A stretch of DNA of 56,535 bases, taken from Elusimicrobia bacterium HGW-Elusimicrobia-2. Lineage in GTDB: Bacteria; CG03. Made by a program: the position numbers and the translations under genes. The notes beneath the pieces were generated by a model, which saw only the letters and a list, made by a program, of their open reading frames with translations, did no database searches and was not told the origin of the DNA. Below are positions 7,263 through 16,784 of the stretch, piece by piece. The stretch lies in the NCBI GenBank assembly GCA_002841685.1, contig PHAM01000002.1, positions 1-56,535 of the forward strand. Reading direction: 5' to 3'. Positions within the stretch are counted from its first letter, which is position 1, and the number at the start of each line of letters is the position of its first letter.

Positions 7263-10200
7263 ATGAAGTTAAATAGCAGAATGCAAAACGCGAAATGCAG
7301 ATTGCAAAAGTTTAATCTCTTAATCTCTGTTCTCTCAATATTCTTATTGTCTTCTTACGTTTCCGCATCGTTTATAATTGACGGCGGGACGGTCACATTA
7401 AGTAACTCAGCGACGCTTGAGGTTTCAAGCGGGATTGTCGTCGGCGCGGGCGCTGTGCTTGACGGCGGAAGCGCTCATATCAATGTCGCGAGGCGCTGGC
7501 AGAACGACGGGACATTCAATTGCGGGACTTCCACCGTAACTTTTTATACGACATATTCAAGCACACTCACGGGCAACACGACATTTTACTGTCTTGAATG
7601 TAAGACCGCGGCAAAGGAAATCCGGTTTGCCGCTCTTTCAACGCAGACGGTTACGAACGTTTTGACACTTGACGGTTCTATAGGAAATAGAATAAAACTG
7701 CGCTCTACGATTGACGGAACCACATGGTATATTCGCTTGCTCAGCTCGCAGACGGCAAGTTATGTGGACGTAAAGGACGGGAACGCAATTGACCGTACGA
7801 TTTCATGCAGCGAATCTGTGGATTCGGGGAATAACAATGATAAATGGATATTTCTTGCTCCCGATGTGACCGCCCCCTGCGCTATATCAAATCTTACGGC
7901 GCTTACGGGAACGGCCAACGATGGAGATGTTAAACTGGCATGGACGGCCCCCGGAGACGACGGCACAAGCGGTAATATTTCGGGGGGCCTATACAGAATA
8001 AAAGCCGCCACATATTCTGTTACCGTGGATAATTTTGTTTCCATTGCTGATAACGGTTTTTATTCTTTCGCGATTGATATCTCAACTTCTTACAGCACGC
8101 AGGGGACGGAGCACTGTTACACAATGACGGGACTTAATCCGGGGACGACATATTATTTTGGCATTATGACCCGTGATGAAGCGGGTAACTGGTCTTCCAC
8201 ATGGACTGTTTCCGGCGTAAATTCAGAAAATAGCGACCAGTCACTTGACCTCGCACCGTCGGAAGCGGTGGTGTCGGTGATAAGCAACAGTTCTCATACG
8301 GTCAATGTGAGCTGGTCGAAACCGGTACCGGACTATGTGGACGACTTATCAAAATATTATTTATACAAAGCGACATTCAGTTTTTCTAACATAACAACGG
8401 CTAATGTCGTGCACATAGCGACGGTCCCTCATCCGACGGACGTTTATAACGAATCAGGGCTTGTGACAGGCACGACTTATTATTACCGTGTAGTTGTCTA
8501 TGACAAAGGTGATGTCGGTAACGGGCTTTTTAGCAATGTGCTGAATTCCGCTCCATCAAATGAAGCGAGCGCCTGCCCCTTGCCGACGGATCCGGCTAAA
8601 GTAAAAGTGAGTGTTGTTTACGATTCCCGCTCTAACGATAACAAAAATAATTACGGAGTTGTTGACGGGATTGAAGACTGCGACGGGAAAGTTACATTTG
8701 ACTGGCCGTTTATTCCTGACGGTGGCACAATCGTTAATTATTTTATTGAGGTGTCTTCAAATCTCAATTTTACAACTTACTTTTCATCGGCGACAATAGC
8801 GGCGGATGTGAGCACTTACACGGTCAGCGGTCTTTTACGCGGCGAATTTTATTGGGCGCAGGTAAAAGCCAAAAACAGCGAGGGAACGACCGGAGAAGGG
8901 ACGGTTTCAGACGGTATTTATATAAACCGCAAACAGACAGACAGCAATAACTCTGATTGGACGGGGACATATGCGACGGTTACGGACTCTATTACCGTTT
9001 CAGCAGGCGACGCGCTTTGGCGGGACGCTGTGGGCGATCAGAGGGGGGATTTGCACACTTCCAGTCAATTTGATATTTCCTCATTTACAATATCATGCGA
9101 CAAATACAATCTTTATTTTTATTTCAGTTTTGCCAGCACCTCAACTTCCGGATTTGACGGAAGGAATTATTTCCAGATAATGGTTGATAACGACGCATTT
9201 TCCACCGAAAGGGTGTTTCGCGGCAACGGCAATCAGTATCAGGATTCTTATTGCGCGGGTGATGTTCCATGGGAATATTTGATTGAGATTAAAACGGGCA
9301 ATGATATTGTCACCGTTGAAAATTCTCTTTTTTCAAATATGCGGTATGCGAAATATGCGGAGCACAACAGCGGTTATTTCTATGAAATAGCTGTTCCGCT
9401 TGATTTTATGGGCGGCGCCGGTAAGTTTTTAGGAAAAACCGTGAATTTTACCGCGGCTACTTTCTGGAATGACGGCGGCGGGGTCGGCTTGTGCGGCAGC
9501 GACAGCAATTCAAACATTGTTGACGTTGTCACATCATCCGGTACAAATACATGGAACGAGGTGCAGGATAAAGTTGTTGATTATTACTTGCAGGTTACAT
9601 TTTCTACCGCCGGCATTGTAACCTCCGCAGAAGGAAAAAAAGTCGCTCATGTTCCACCCCCGGAGGAGCCTGAGCCGATATCAAACGGCGTTCCGCCGGC
9701 GCCCCCGTCGGCGCTGGATTACATTTTATACAACATGTTTATTGACGCGTGGTATAACGGAGATACATCAAACGACGACATAAACGATACGAATGATTAC
9801 GGCGGTGATTTTCAGGGCGTTATTGACAAAATTGATTATCTTAACGATATGGGGATAAATATGGCATACTTCGGGCCGCCGACGGAATTCGGCGGCGGAA
9901 TATGGGGCTTTAACATAGACGACGCTTTCAGGCACGAAACAAAATTTGGCGGCACGGCAATGTACATTGAAATGGTGAAAGCGCTTCATAACCGCAATAT
10001 TGACGTGATGATTGACTGGGTTTGCGGTCAGGTTGGCAGCAAGGATTCTCCGACGGCAAAGAAAAATCCGACTTATTTTCAAGATGAACAGTTCGGATGG
10101 GGGACAAAACAGGAGTTCGCTGAACCGCGCGCTTTCTGGCTGAATAATATGGTATGGTATTTTTCCATCTGCGATGCCTTCCGTTACGATAACCCTAAAT

Positions 10201-13200
10201 TCTGGAATTACGATATAGGCCCCGAGGAAGCGGAATTCAACAGGGCTCTGAGAAAAATTTCGGACAGATGGGACCCGCAGCTTTTCATTATGGGAGAGAT
10301 ACCGCAAGATGTTGGTGCGGTGAATAATTATACAGGAACACGCGGACCTATGATTCACGGCGGCGAGGATATGAAGTCGGGAGGATATAAAAACGACAGG
10401 GCCGCCCATATTTGCTCGTGGGTAAGAGAAGGAGGCGATAAACAGACCACTGCAACGGCGGCACAGGGTATAAAAGACCAGCAGGTCAACTGGAAAAATG
10501 AATGGTCAATAAATCCGATAATGATGGAAAATCACGATGAGATGAGATTTATTTCAAGAGGTCGCGGCGACGACGGAGCGAGTTGGGGTTACGATTCGCA
10601 GGTGGGTTATATGACGGCGCTGACAGTAGCGGCTCCCGCAATAATTTTCTACGGCGGAGAAATAGGTCTTGAAGGACCTTATGACGGCGGCAATTCCGCA
10701 AAGATGGATCGGGACGGTAATGTCCGTCTTATGGAATTTGACAGAGTGAATATAGACCCGTGGAACAATGTTCAGCCGGCAATAAGACGAACCGTGCAGG
10801 CAAAGGCGAATTTCGCTCCATTGAGAAGCGACCCGTATAAAGATGGCTGGAGTTGGCCGTCATTCACAGCTGACGCCGGTGATGATGTCATGGTTTATTT
10901 GCGCAAATGGGGCGCTGACCAATATGTTCTCTGCATGATGAACCGTGATGATGTTACCAAAAATGTAACTAATGTGCATGGATTGCCTGCAAATGCAACA
11001 TGGAAAAACTGGATGACAGATAATTCCGAAGGCACTTATTATACGAATAATGACGGTTATCTTAATCTTGACGGAAATTACACTATTGATGTCGGTTCGC
11101 ATTATGGTCTGATTCTTGTTAAGGGAGGGTACAGTACTGCTACGGTTTCGGGTGTGGTGAGTGTTGCGAATGCAATCATTGATATTGATGGCAGAAGTCA
11201 CTGGACGACAACCGCCGATTCAAACGGTAATTACGAGATTAAAAGGGTTCTCGCAGGCGATTGGACAATAAAGGCGTGGGTTTTGGGTTATGCGATAAAT
11301 ACGAAGAACGAAACAATTTCTGCAGGAAATAACACTGTTAACTTTACTTTGACCGTTGATAATTCCGCTCCGGCGGCGCCTATATCGCTCGCCGGTCAGC
11401 CGAGAGACAGGGCGGCTATGCTCTCCTGGCAGGCCAACACGGAAGAGGATTTGCAGACATATCTGATTTACAGGAGTCAGTCGCATATTGCCGACGGCTC
11501 TTTTCCCGCTCCCGTTTTTGAAGTTTTTAAGACTTTTTACTATGACAATAATCTTGACGGCGATCTGGACTCGGAAGACAACAGCATAAACCGTCTGCAG
11601 AATGGCACAACTTATTATTATAGAGTTAGGGCAGTTGATAGAAACGGGAATAAGTCGGCTTTTTCAAATGAGATAACTGTTGTGCCGAGGAAGGTGAAAG
11701 TAACTTTCTGGCTGGATGCGCGGGACTGCGGGTGGACGCCTTCAATCGTGAACATCGCGGGAGGGGTGCTGGAATTCAGCGAGAACTATTGGGGGGAAGT
11801 ACCGTTGACATCAAACGGCGACGGAACATATCAGAGGACTTTTGAGTTTGATGACACGACGTTTTTGGAATATAAATATGTTATTGACGGTAACTGGGAA
11901 GGCGCGGCGGACTATAAATTTCTTGATGGGTCATGCAGCGACGCCAACCGTGGAGAACTGATGGATGACGCTGTGCCTGATGTTGAAATAATTGATGAGG
12001 GCGGCGGCAAAATGACAATTGCCAATGTCTGGAAGTACTATAACGACAGAGCGCCGCGTATTCCTTCAGGAATAAGTCTCGAGGCTGTTTTTTGTCAAAT
12101 CACTGTTTCCTGGACTAAGAATGTTGAGCCCGATATGGATTATTATACCGTTCTGCGTTCAACTTACAGCTCAACGGAAGGTTTTTCCGAAATAGCGCGC
12201 AAGAGCTCCGCCGCTAATAATTATGTTGACAAAAATCTGACAAACAATAACACCTATTATTACAAAATCAGCGCTAAGGACAGGAGAGGCAACGAAAGCG
12301 CCTACACATCCGTTTATTCGGATTTTCCGAAAAGCGGGGACACAACAGCTCCGGCCGCTCCGTTGGGGCTCGTTGCTCACGGATACGGTAACTATGGTTT
12401 GGGCGGCATTGAAATTAGTTGGGATTTAAATTCGGAAGGAGACCTTGCCGGATATAATATACACAGGTCAACGGAATCCGGATTTACACCGTCTTCACTG
12501 AATAAGTTAAACAGCACTCTTGTCTCCCCCGAAAAAGATTATTACACAGATACCGGAATTTCGCAGGAAACGACATATTATTATAAACTTGCCGCGGTTG
12601 ATTCGTCCGGCAACTCTTCTCCGTCCAGCTCTCAGCTTTATGCCCGGCTCGTACCGCTTGTTTTTAAGATAGACACCGGAAACATAAATCCGGTGGATGT
12701 CGGAATTTTGGGCAACACGGAACCTCTTTACTGGACGGCATCAAGCACAATGGCTGAAAGCGGAAATGTTTACAGCATAACTATGGGTTTTGTAACGGGC
12801 GCGACAATTCAGTATCAGTTCGGATATAATAATCTTCAAACGAAAGAACAAGGCTTTGCCACGGATTCCGGTTACAGGGACTATCTCGTATCGACGGCAT
12901 CAAGCACGCTGAATCAGAATTGGGAGGAAAACCCCGACGGTGTTTCCGGCGTAATTGCGTATCCCGGCGTGAGTAAGGCCTATATTTATTGGGACAGAGT
13001 GACAACGGCGGAAGATATTGCGGGATATAATATTTACAGAGACGACGGTGTTACGGGGAATCCGACGATTCTTGTGAATTCAAGTCCCGTGAGTTATTCT
13101 CAACCTTATACGGTCGCCGATTTGAATTCGGGAACGAATTATAGTTTTAAAGTGCTTGCCGCCGATTCCGGAAATACGGCGCTGGAAAGCAGCACATGGA

Positions 13201-15071
13201 CTGTTGTTTCGGCATATATAAGTAGTCAGGTTTTTGTTCATTTTGGCGTTCCTTATTCTGCCGGATTGAGTTCAAGTCCATGGGGAGACAGTACCCGCCT
13301 CAAAATGTATCTCGCGGTTATGTCTTCAACGCAGACTTCCGTGTGGAGTTCATCGGACCGCGCGGATGTAACGGGGGGGCGTCAGGAGATGACGGCAGAT
13401 GCGGCCGCGGGAACATACAAAACGGTTGTGCCACTTTTAAAGGGAGAGTATTATAATTTTTTGTTTTTTGCCGAAACCACATCAGACCCGCCGAATGGAC
13501 TCAAGGCGAATTATCAGTATTATGACACTGTCCCGAACACCGGAACATTTATAGTGTCAAATTCTTCAACTTCCATTGCGGGAGATCAGACAGGTGTTTT
13601 CTATCCCGTCGGCACCAACCGCGACGCCCGCCGCATGATACAGGTGCCCGCGTCTCTTGACGACAACTCGACGTGGTACGTTTACGCGAATTTCGGTTCC
13701 ACGCCGACGGCTCCGACTTATATTCAGGCTGTTCCGTCGGACAGCTCCGCCGCGCTTTACTGGTCGGCTCCCTATGGGGCGGCATGGGTTAATATAAGAA
13801 ACAATGAGCCGACGAGCGCCGGCGAGGAGATGAAAGCGGCCGATGTCGTCTGCGGCGGTTGTTATCATATTTATATGACGACTTTTATGCCCGGAAATTT
13901 TTCGTCATACAAAATAACAGCGACGGTCGCGGGCACAGTATTTTCAAAGAATTTTGCCGGCCTTACCAACAATGTGACATATTATTTTCTGATGAGGTCT
14001 TCCGACACTTTCAAAGCGAAGGCCGGAGAAATAGGCGCAAATAGTTACAGCGTTTTATCTTCAACGGTAAGCGTTTGTCCGAACGCGGACTTTATTATTG
14101 CGAAAATACGCGTAAACAGCAATTCCTCTTCACCATGGCCGGCGGTGAGAAAATCAATCGCTATACAGGAAGGAACAACCGTTTCGGCATGGGATAGCGA
14201 CGGGCGCTCAAATGTGACGCCGACCGGATGCGCTGTCGCGATGAGCGCGCCTGACGGACTGCCTGATGAACTTGAGTTTTCAGCGTCTCTCACCCCGGGA
14301 ACGACATATAATTTTATTCTTTTTGCTCATTCAACTTACAGTATTTCCGGCCTTCTCGCTAATACAACTTATTTTGATACGGTTCCCGCGTCGGGCAGCG
14401 CGGGCATGCTGACTTCCACATCAACTTTAACGACAACAAATCACGGCAGCGTCCGCTTTGGCGGGGTCGGAGGAACAGGGGAGACGAGGAGGATTTTTTG
14501 CGTTCCGAAAGAACTTGCAAGCGGTACAACCGTTTATGTTTTCTGCAATTTTTCGGGCGCGCCTAACACATCGGAAGTTTATGCCGTGCCGGTTAATTCT
14601 TACACAATTCAGCTTGACTGGTCGCCATACGGGTCGTGGGGAACAGGGGCAGAAACAAGTAAAGCCGCCGATGTGCTCGCCGGAGGAAGCTATGAAATCT
14701 ACCGCTCGAGCGTGAGTGAGGCGGGACCTTATATTAAGATACTTTCCACATCCGGTGTTTCCGAATTGACGGATAATGACCGGGTGGTTGAGGGGGATAA
14801 TGCAGGGCTTCTGAAGGAGGTGGAGTATTTTTATGTTGTTGTCTCTTCCGACGCCTATTGCGGAGACCCTGCGAAGGCGCAAATACCGAATCTCGCGCGG
14901 ACAGGGGCGCCGGAATTCAGCTCTTCCGACGGCAGCGCGATACCGAACGATGCAATACCCGTTTATTTTAAGGTGGATTACATCGGGCCGGAAAAGCAAA
15001 AAATATTTACGGCGATGCTTGCGCGGGGAATGAAAATTCGGGGCGCGGGAGCGCGGGCGGTGATAAGGTGA
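7263..15071 (+). CDS. Giant (~2600 aa) multidomain surface protein with embedded GH13 alpha-amylase-family catalytic domain
   Basis: Single ORF (track start 7212). ATG 7263 is preferred because 7212-7262 overlaps the divergent promoter/gene, and 7263 begins MKLNSRMQNAKCRLQKFNLLISVLSIFLLSSYVSA. Many FN3-like modules are present (W.APGDDG, TYYY[RK]V). A glucodextranase-C/CBM9-like module lies at ~8950-9600. The GH13 core lies at ~9700-10800 (GGDFQGVIDKIDYLNDMGINM; DVMIDWVCGQ; AFRYDNPKF; MGEIP; ENHDEMRF; FYGGEIG). There is a CarboxypepD_reg-like module (NGNYEIKRVLAGDWTIKAW) and CBM20/48-like beta-sandwiches. The C-terminus is a repeated module. Confidence 0.85.
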   Translation: MKLNSRMQNAKCRLQKFNLLISVLSIFLLSSYVSASFIIDGGTVTLSNSATLEVSSGIVVGAGAVLDGGSAHINVARRWQNDGTFNCGTSTVTFYTTYSSTLTGNTTFYCLECKTAAKEIRFAALSTQTVTNVLTLDGSIGNRIKLRSTIDGTTWYIRLLSSQTASYVDVKDGNAIDRTISCSESVDSGNNNDKWIFLAPDVTAPCAISNLTALTGTANDGDVKLAWTAPGDDGTSGNISGGLYRIKAATYSVTVDNFVSIADNGFYSFAIDISTSYSTQGTEHCYTMTGLNPGTTYYFGIMTRDEAGNWSSTWTVSGVNSENSDQSLDLAPSEAVVSVISNSSHTVNVSWSKPVPDYVDDLSKYYLYKATFSFSNITTANVVHIATVPHPTDVYNESGLVTGTTYYYRVVVYDKGDVGNGLFSNVLNSAPSNEASACPLPTDPAKVKVSVVYDSRSNDNKNNYGVVDGIEDCDGKVTFDWPFIPDGGTIVNYFIEVSSNLNFTTYFSSATIAADVSTYTVSGLLRGEFYWAQVKAKNSEGTTGEGTVSDGIYINRKQTDSNNSDWTGTYATVTDSITVSAGDALWRDAVGDQRGDLHTSSQFDISSFTISCDKYNLYFYFSFASTSTSGFDGRNYFQIMVDNDAFSTERVFRGNGNQYQDSYCAGDVPWEYLIEIKTGNDIVTVENSLFSNMRYAKYAEHNSGYFYEIAVPLDFMGGAGKFLGKTVNFTAATFWNDGGGVGLCGSDSNSNIVDVVTSSGTNTWNEVQDKVVDYYLQVTFSTAGIVTSAEGKKVAHVPPPEEPEPISNGVPPAPPSALDYILYNMFIDAWYNGDTSNDDINDTNDYGGDFQGVIDKIDYLNDMGINMAYFGPPTEFGGGIWGFNIDDAFRHETKFGGTAMYIEMVKALHNRNIDVMIDWVCGQVGSKDSPTAKKNPTYFQDEQFGWGTKQEFAEPRAFWLNNMVWYFSICDAFRYDNPKFWNYDIGPEEAEFNRALRKISDRWDPQLFIMGEIPQDVGAVNNYTGTRGPMIHGGEDMKSGGYKNDRAAHICSWVREGGDKQTTATAAQGIKDQQVNWKNEWSINPIMMENHDEMRFISRGRGDDGASWGYDSQVGYMTALTVAAPAIIFYGGEIGLEGPYDGGNSAKMDRDGNVRLMEFDRVNIDPWNNVQPAIRRTVQAKANFAPLRSDPYKDGWSWPSFTADAGDDVMVYLRKWGADQYVLCMMNRDDVTKNVTNVHGLPANATWKNWMTDNSEGTYYTNNDGYLNLDGNYTIDVGSHYGLILVKGGYSTATVSGVVSVANAIIDIDGRSHWTTTADSNGNYEIKRVLAGDWTIKAWVLGYAINTKNETISAGNNTVNFTLTVDNSAPAAPISLAGQPRDRAAMLSWQANTEEDLQTYLIYRSQSHIADGSFPAPVFEVFKTFYYDNNLDGDLDSEDNSINRLQNGTTYYYRVRAVDRNGNKSAFSNEITVVPRKVKVTFWLDARDCGWTPSIVNIAGGVLEFSENYWGEVPLTSNGDGTYQRTFEFDDTTFLEYKYVIDGNWEGAADYKFLDGSCSDANRGELMDDAVPDVEIIDEGGGKMTIANVWKYYNDRAPRIPSGISLEAVFCQITVSWTKNVEPDMDYYTVLRSTYSSTEGFSEIARKSSAANNYVDKNLTNNNTYYYKISAKDRRGNESAYTSVYSDFPKSGDTTAPAAPLGLVAHGYGNYGLGGIEISWDLNSEGDLAGYNIHRSTESGFTPSSLNKLNSTLVSPEKDYYTDTGISQETTYYYKLAAVDSSGNSSPSSSQLYARLVPLVFKIDTGNINPVDVGILGNTEPLYWTASSTMAESGNVYSITMGFVTGATIQYQFGYNNLQTKEQGFATDSGYRDYLVSTASSTLNQNWEENPDGVSGVIAYPGVSKAYIYWDRVTTAEDIAGYNIYRDDGVTGNPTILVNSSPVSYSQPYTVADLNSGTNYSFKVLAADSGNTALESSTWTVVSAYISSQVFVHFGVPYSAGLSSSPWGDSTRLKMYLAVMSSTQTSVWSSSDRADVTGGRQEMTADAAAGTYKTVVPLLKGEYYNFLFFAETTSDPPNGLKANYQYYDTVPNTGTFIVSNSSTSIAGDQTGVFYPVGTNRDARRMIQVPASLDDNSTWYVYANFGSTPTAPTYIQAVPSDSSAALYWSAPYGAAWVNIRNNEPTSAGEEMKAADVVCGGCYHIYMTTFMPGNFSSYKITATVAGTVFSKNFAGLTNNVTYYFLMRSSDTFKAKAGEIGANSYSVLSSTVSVCPNADFIIAKIRVNSNSSSPWPAVRKSIAIQEGTTVSAWDSDGRSNVTPTGCAVAMSAPDGLPDELEFSASLTPGTTYNFILFAHSTYSISGLLANTTYFDTVPASGSAGMLTSTSTLTTTNHGSVRFGGVGGTGETRRIFCVPKELASGTTVYVFCNFSGAPNTSEVYAVPVNSYTIQLDWSPYGSWGTGAETSKAADVLAGGSYEIYRSSVSEAGPYIKILSTSGVSELTDNDRVVEGDNAGLLKEVEYFYVVVSSDAYCGDPAKAQIPNLARTGAPEFSSSDGSAIPNDAIPVYFKVDYIGPEKQKIFTAMLARGMKIRGAGARAVIR

Positions 15072-15284
15072 GAGATATGGGGTGCTCAGCAAAAATTGAG
15101 AATTATGCAGATAAGATGCTTTTTAATAAAAGTGTTTTTTACCCTTCGGGCACGAAGGGTAGCCGCGGGCTTTAGCCTGCGAAATAACATGTCCCTTTGC
15201 GGGCTAAAAAGGAGGTGATAAAAAAGTAAAAGTCAAAATTTTGTTTAAATTTTAATGGACTGTTGGTAAATTTAGGAGGGAAAA

Positions 15285-16343
15285 ATGAAAAAGTTTTTGG
15301 TTATGGTTTTGTTGAGCGGCTTGATGGCGGCTCAGTCTTTTGCGGCAATGGGCGGCGCGGGAGCAAGTAGCGCCTGGGGAGATAAGAGAGTCCAGAAAAA
15401 AATCTCAATCCAGCAGGGGACTTCGGTCGGGGCATATGTGGATCGCGGAGATATTCTGATGGCTTCAACAATGACGGCTGTTGGAGACGGGACATATTAC
15501 ATAAAGGTTGAAAATCTACTTTGTCCAGGCGCGGTTTACAACTATCAGTTTATGGCGGTTTCAACTTCGGCGCCGACAGGCCTTACATCCGGAACAACTT
15601 ATTATGACCCCGTGCCAAGTAGCGGTAGTGATGCGGCTTTTGTTGTATCGGCAAGTTCGGGGGGAGCTGGCCAACCAGCCCTCAGCAACATATCGGGAGC
15701 GGGCTATTATGGTGGTACAGGAGACGGTGGGAGGAGAATTCTCAGTATCCCCTATGATGTTAGCCAACTGTGGGTGTATAACAATTGGGGTTCAACGCCG
15801 AGCGTCGCGAGTGTCCAGGCATCACCTACGGGAGCGGACAGCGTTACCGTGAGTTGGGTGCAGACGGACCCGTGGACGGGGGGAATATCCAAACCGATTG
15901 ACGTAATTATGGGCGGTAAATATTTCGTTTACCAATCCACGGGGCTCGCCTCGGTTTATGAATTTTCCACTTCAACGCATGGTTACAGCACTTCAATCAG
16001 CACACAGGGCCTTATAACGGGTTCGACTTATTATTTTGTTGTTGTTTCTTCCGACGCTTATGCGGGATTGACAAACACGCCGAACACGCCCGACGGTAAT
16101 CTTGCCACATACGCCTATAGCACCGTAATCTCAACAACGGCCGGCGGCACGGATGTTCCCTACAGCGCCAGCGCTCGTCCGTCAGCCGCTATTCCGGTTT
16201 ATTTCAAGGTTGAAAAACCGAACTGGGATTACATTGAAGCAAACGGCTATCTTGTTTATCTGACGCCGGTTGGCGAAGATGGCAGGTATTTCCGCAATAA
16301 GATACAGGGTAAAATTACCAGAGTGTGTATGCCGAGGACATAA
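15285..16343 (+). CDS. Secreted protein, free-standing paralog of the C-terminal repeated module of the giant GH13 protein
   Basis: GGAGGG RBS and signal peptide MKKFLVMVLLSGLMAAQSFA. ISIQQGTSVGAY, PGAVYNYQFMA...TTYYDPVPSSGS, RRILSIPYD...VYNNWGSTP, YYFVVVSSDAY and AIPVYFKV align with segments encoded at ~13215-15000. Confidence 0.75.
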   Translation: MKKFLVMVLLSGLMAAQSFAAMGGAGASSAWGDKRVQKKISIQQGTSVGAYVDRGDILMASTMTAVGDGTYYIKVENLLCPGAVYNYQFMAVSTSAPTGLTSGTTYYDPVPSSGSDAAFVVSASSGGAGQPALSNISGAGYYGGTGDGGRRILSIPYDVSQLWVYNNWGSTPSVASVQASPTGADSVTVSWVQTDPWTGGISKPIDVIMGGKYFVYQSTGLASVYEFSTSTHGYSTSISTQGLITGSTYYFVVVSSDAYAGLTNTPNTPDGNLATYAYSTVISTTAGGTDVPYSASARPSAAIPVYFKVEKPNWDYIEANGYLVYLTPVGEDGRYFRNKIQGKITRVCMPRT

Positions 16344-16553
16344 TTGGCTGGATTTTAATCCCGTGTGTAGGCGGAGATTAAACCCCGCGTTGTGAGAAAA
16401 TGATAAGGGGGTTGATGAATTAGTCCTGTTTATTGATTGCGAAGTTTTGTCCGCATACGGACAGAATTGCCCTTTTTGTAAAAAGGGGTGTTTCGCCTTA
16501 TGGCGGGACGGGGTATTAGCAGAGCTGCCTGTTCCTCGTAGGCGGGGAAACTG

Positions 16554-16654
16554 AGATTCCTCACTTCGTTCGGAATGACAGGAGTGAATGTCATTTCGAA
16601 AGAGTTTTTACGACTGAGAAATCTAAGATTCCTCACTTCGTTCGGAATGACAGG
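16554..16654. repeat. Two direct copies of the 'agattcctcacttcgttcggaatgacagg' short repeat
   Basis: gagattcctcacttcgttcggaatgacagg (16554-16582) and aagattcctcacttcgttcggaatgacagg (16625-16654). Same family as 1846-1923, in opposite orientation. Confidence 0.8.
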
Positions 16655-16784
16655 TGGGAGACTGTTCCTCGCCGGCGGATTTTCCGCGAACGCGCGAAAA
16701 GGAAGGTTGAATATAGATGATGGAAGTTGAGCGAAGGTGGAAGATGCGTAAAATCCGCGGTGTAATGTGGGAGGATTTTTGTAT

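Noticed and set aside
3110-15092. Long antisense ORFs inside large + strand genes (for example 3110..3856, 9768..10409, 10860..11201 and 14427..15092). Similar ones occur elsewhere (31773..32486, 34640..35092, 43782..44204, 44281..44781, 51980..52435).
   Set aside because: Each lies entirely within a + strand gene with strong family motifs. Their translations are Arg/Ser/Pro-rich with no motifs. They are typical shadow ORFs.
15141-15160. Hairpin ACCCTTCGggcaCGAAGGGT after the giant GH13 gene, considered as its rho-independent terminator.
   Set aside because: The T-run is on the 5' side (gtgtttttt), so it would be a minus-strand terminator orientation. No T-tract follows it on the + strand. 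The function is unclear, so it is not listed as a feature.
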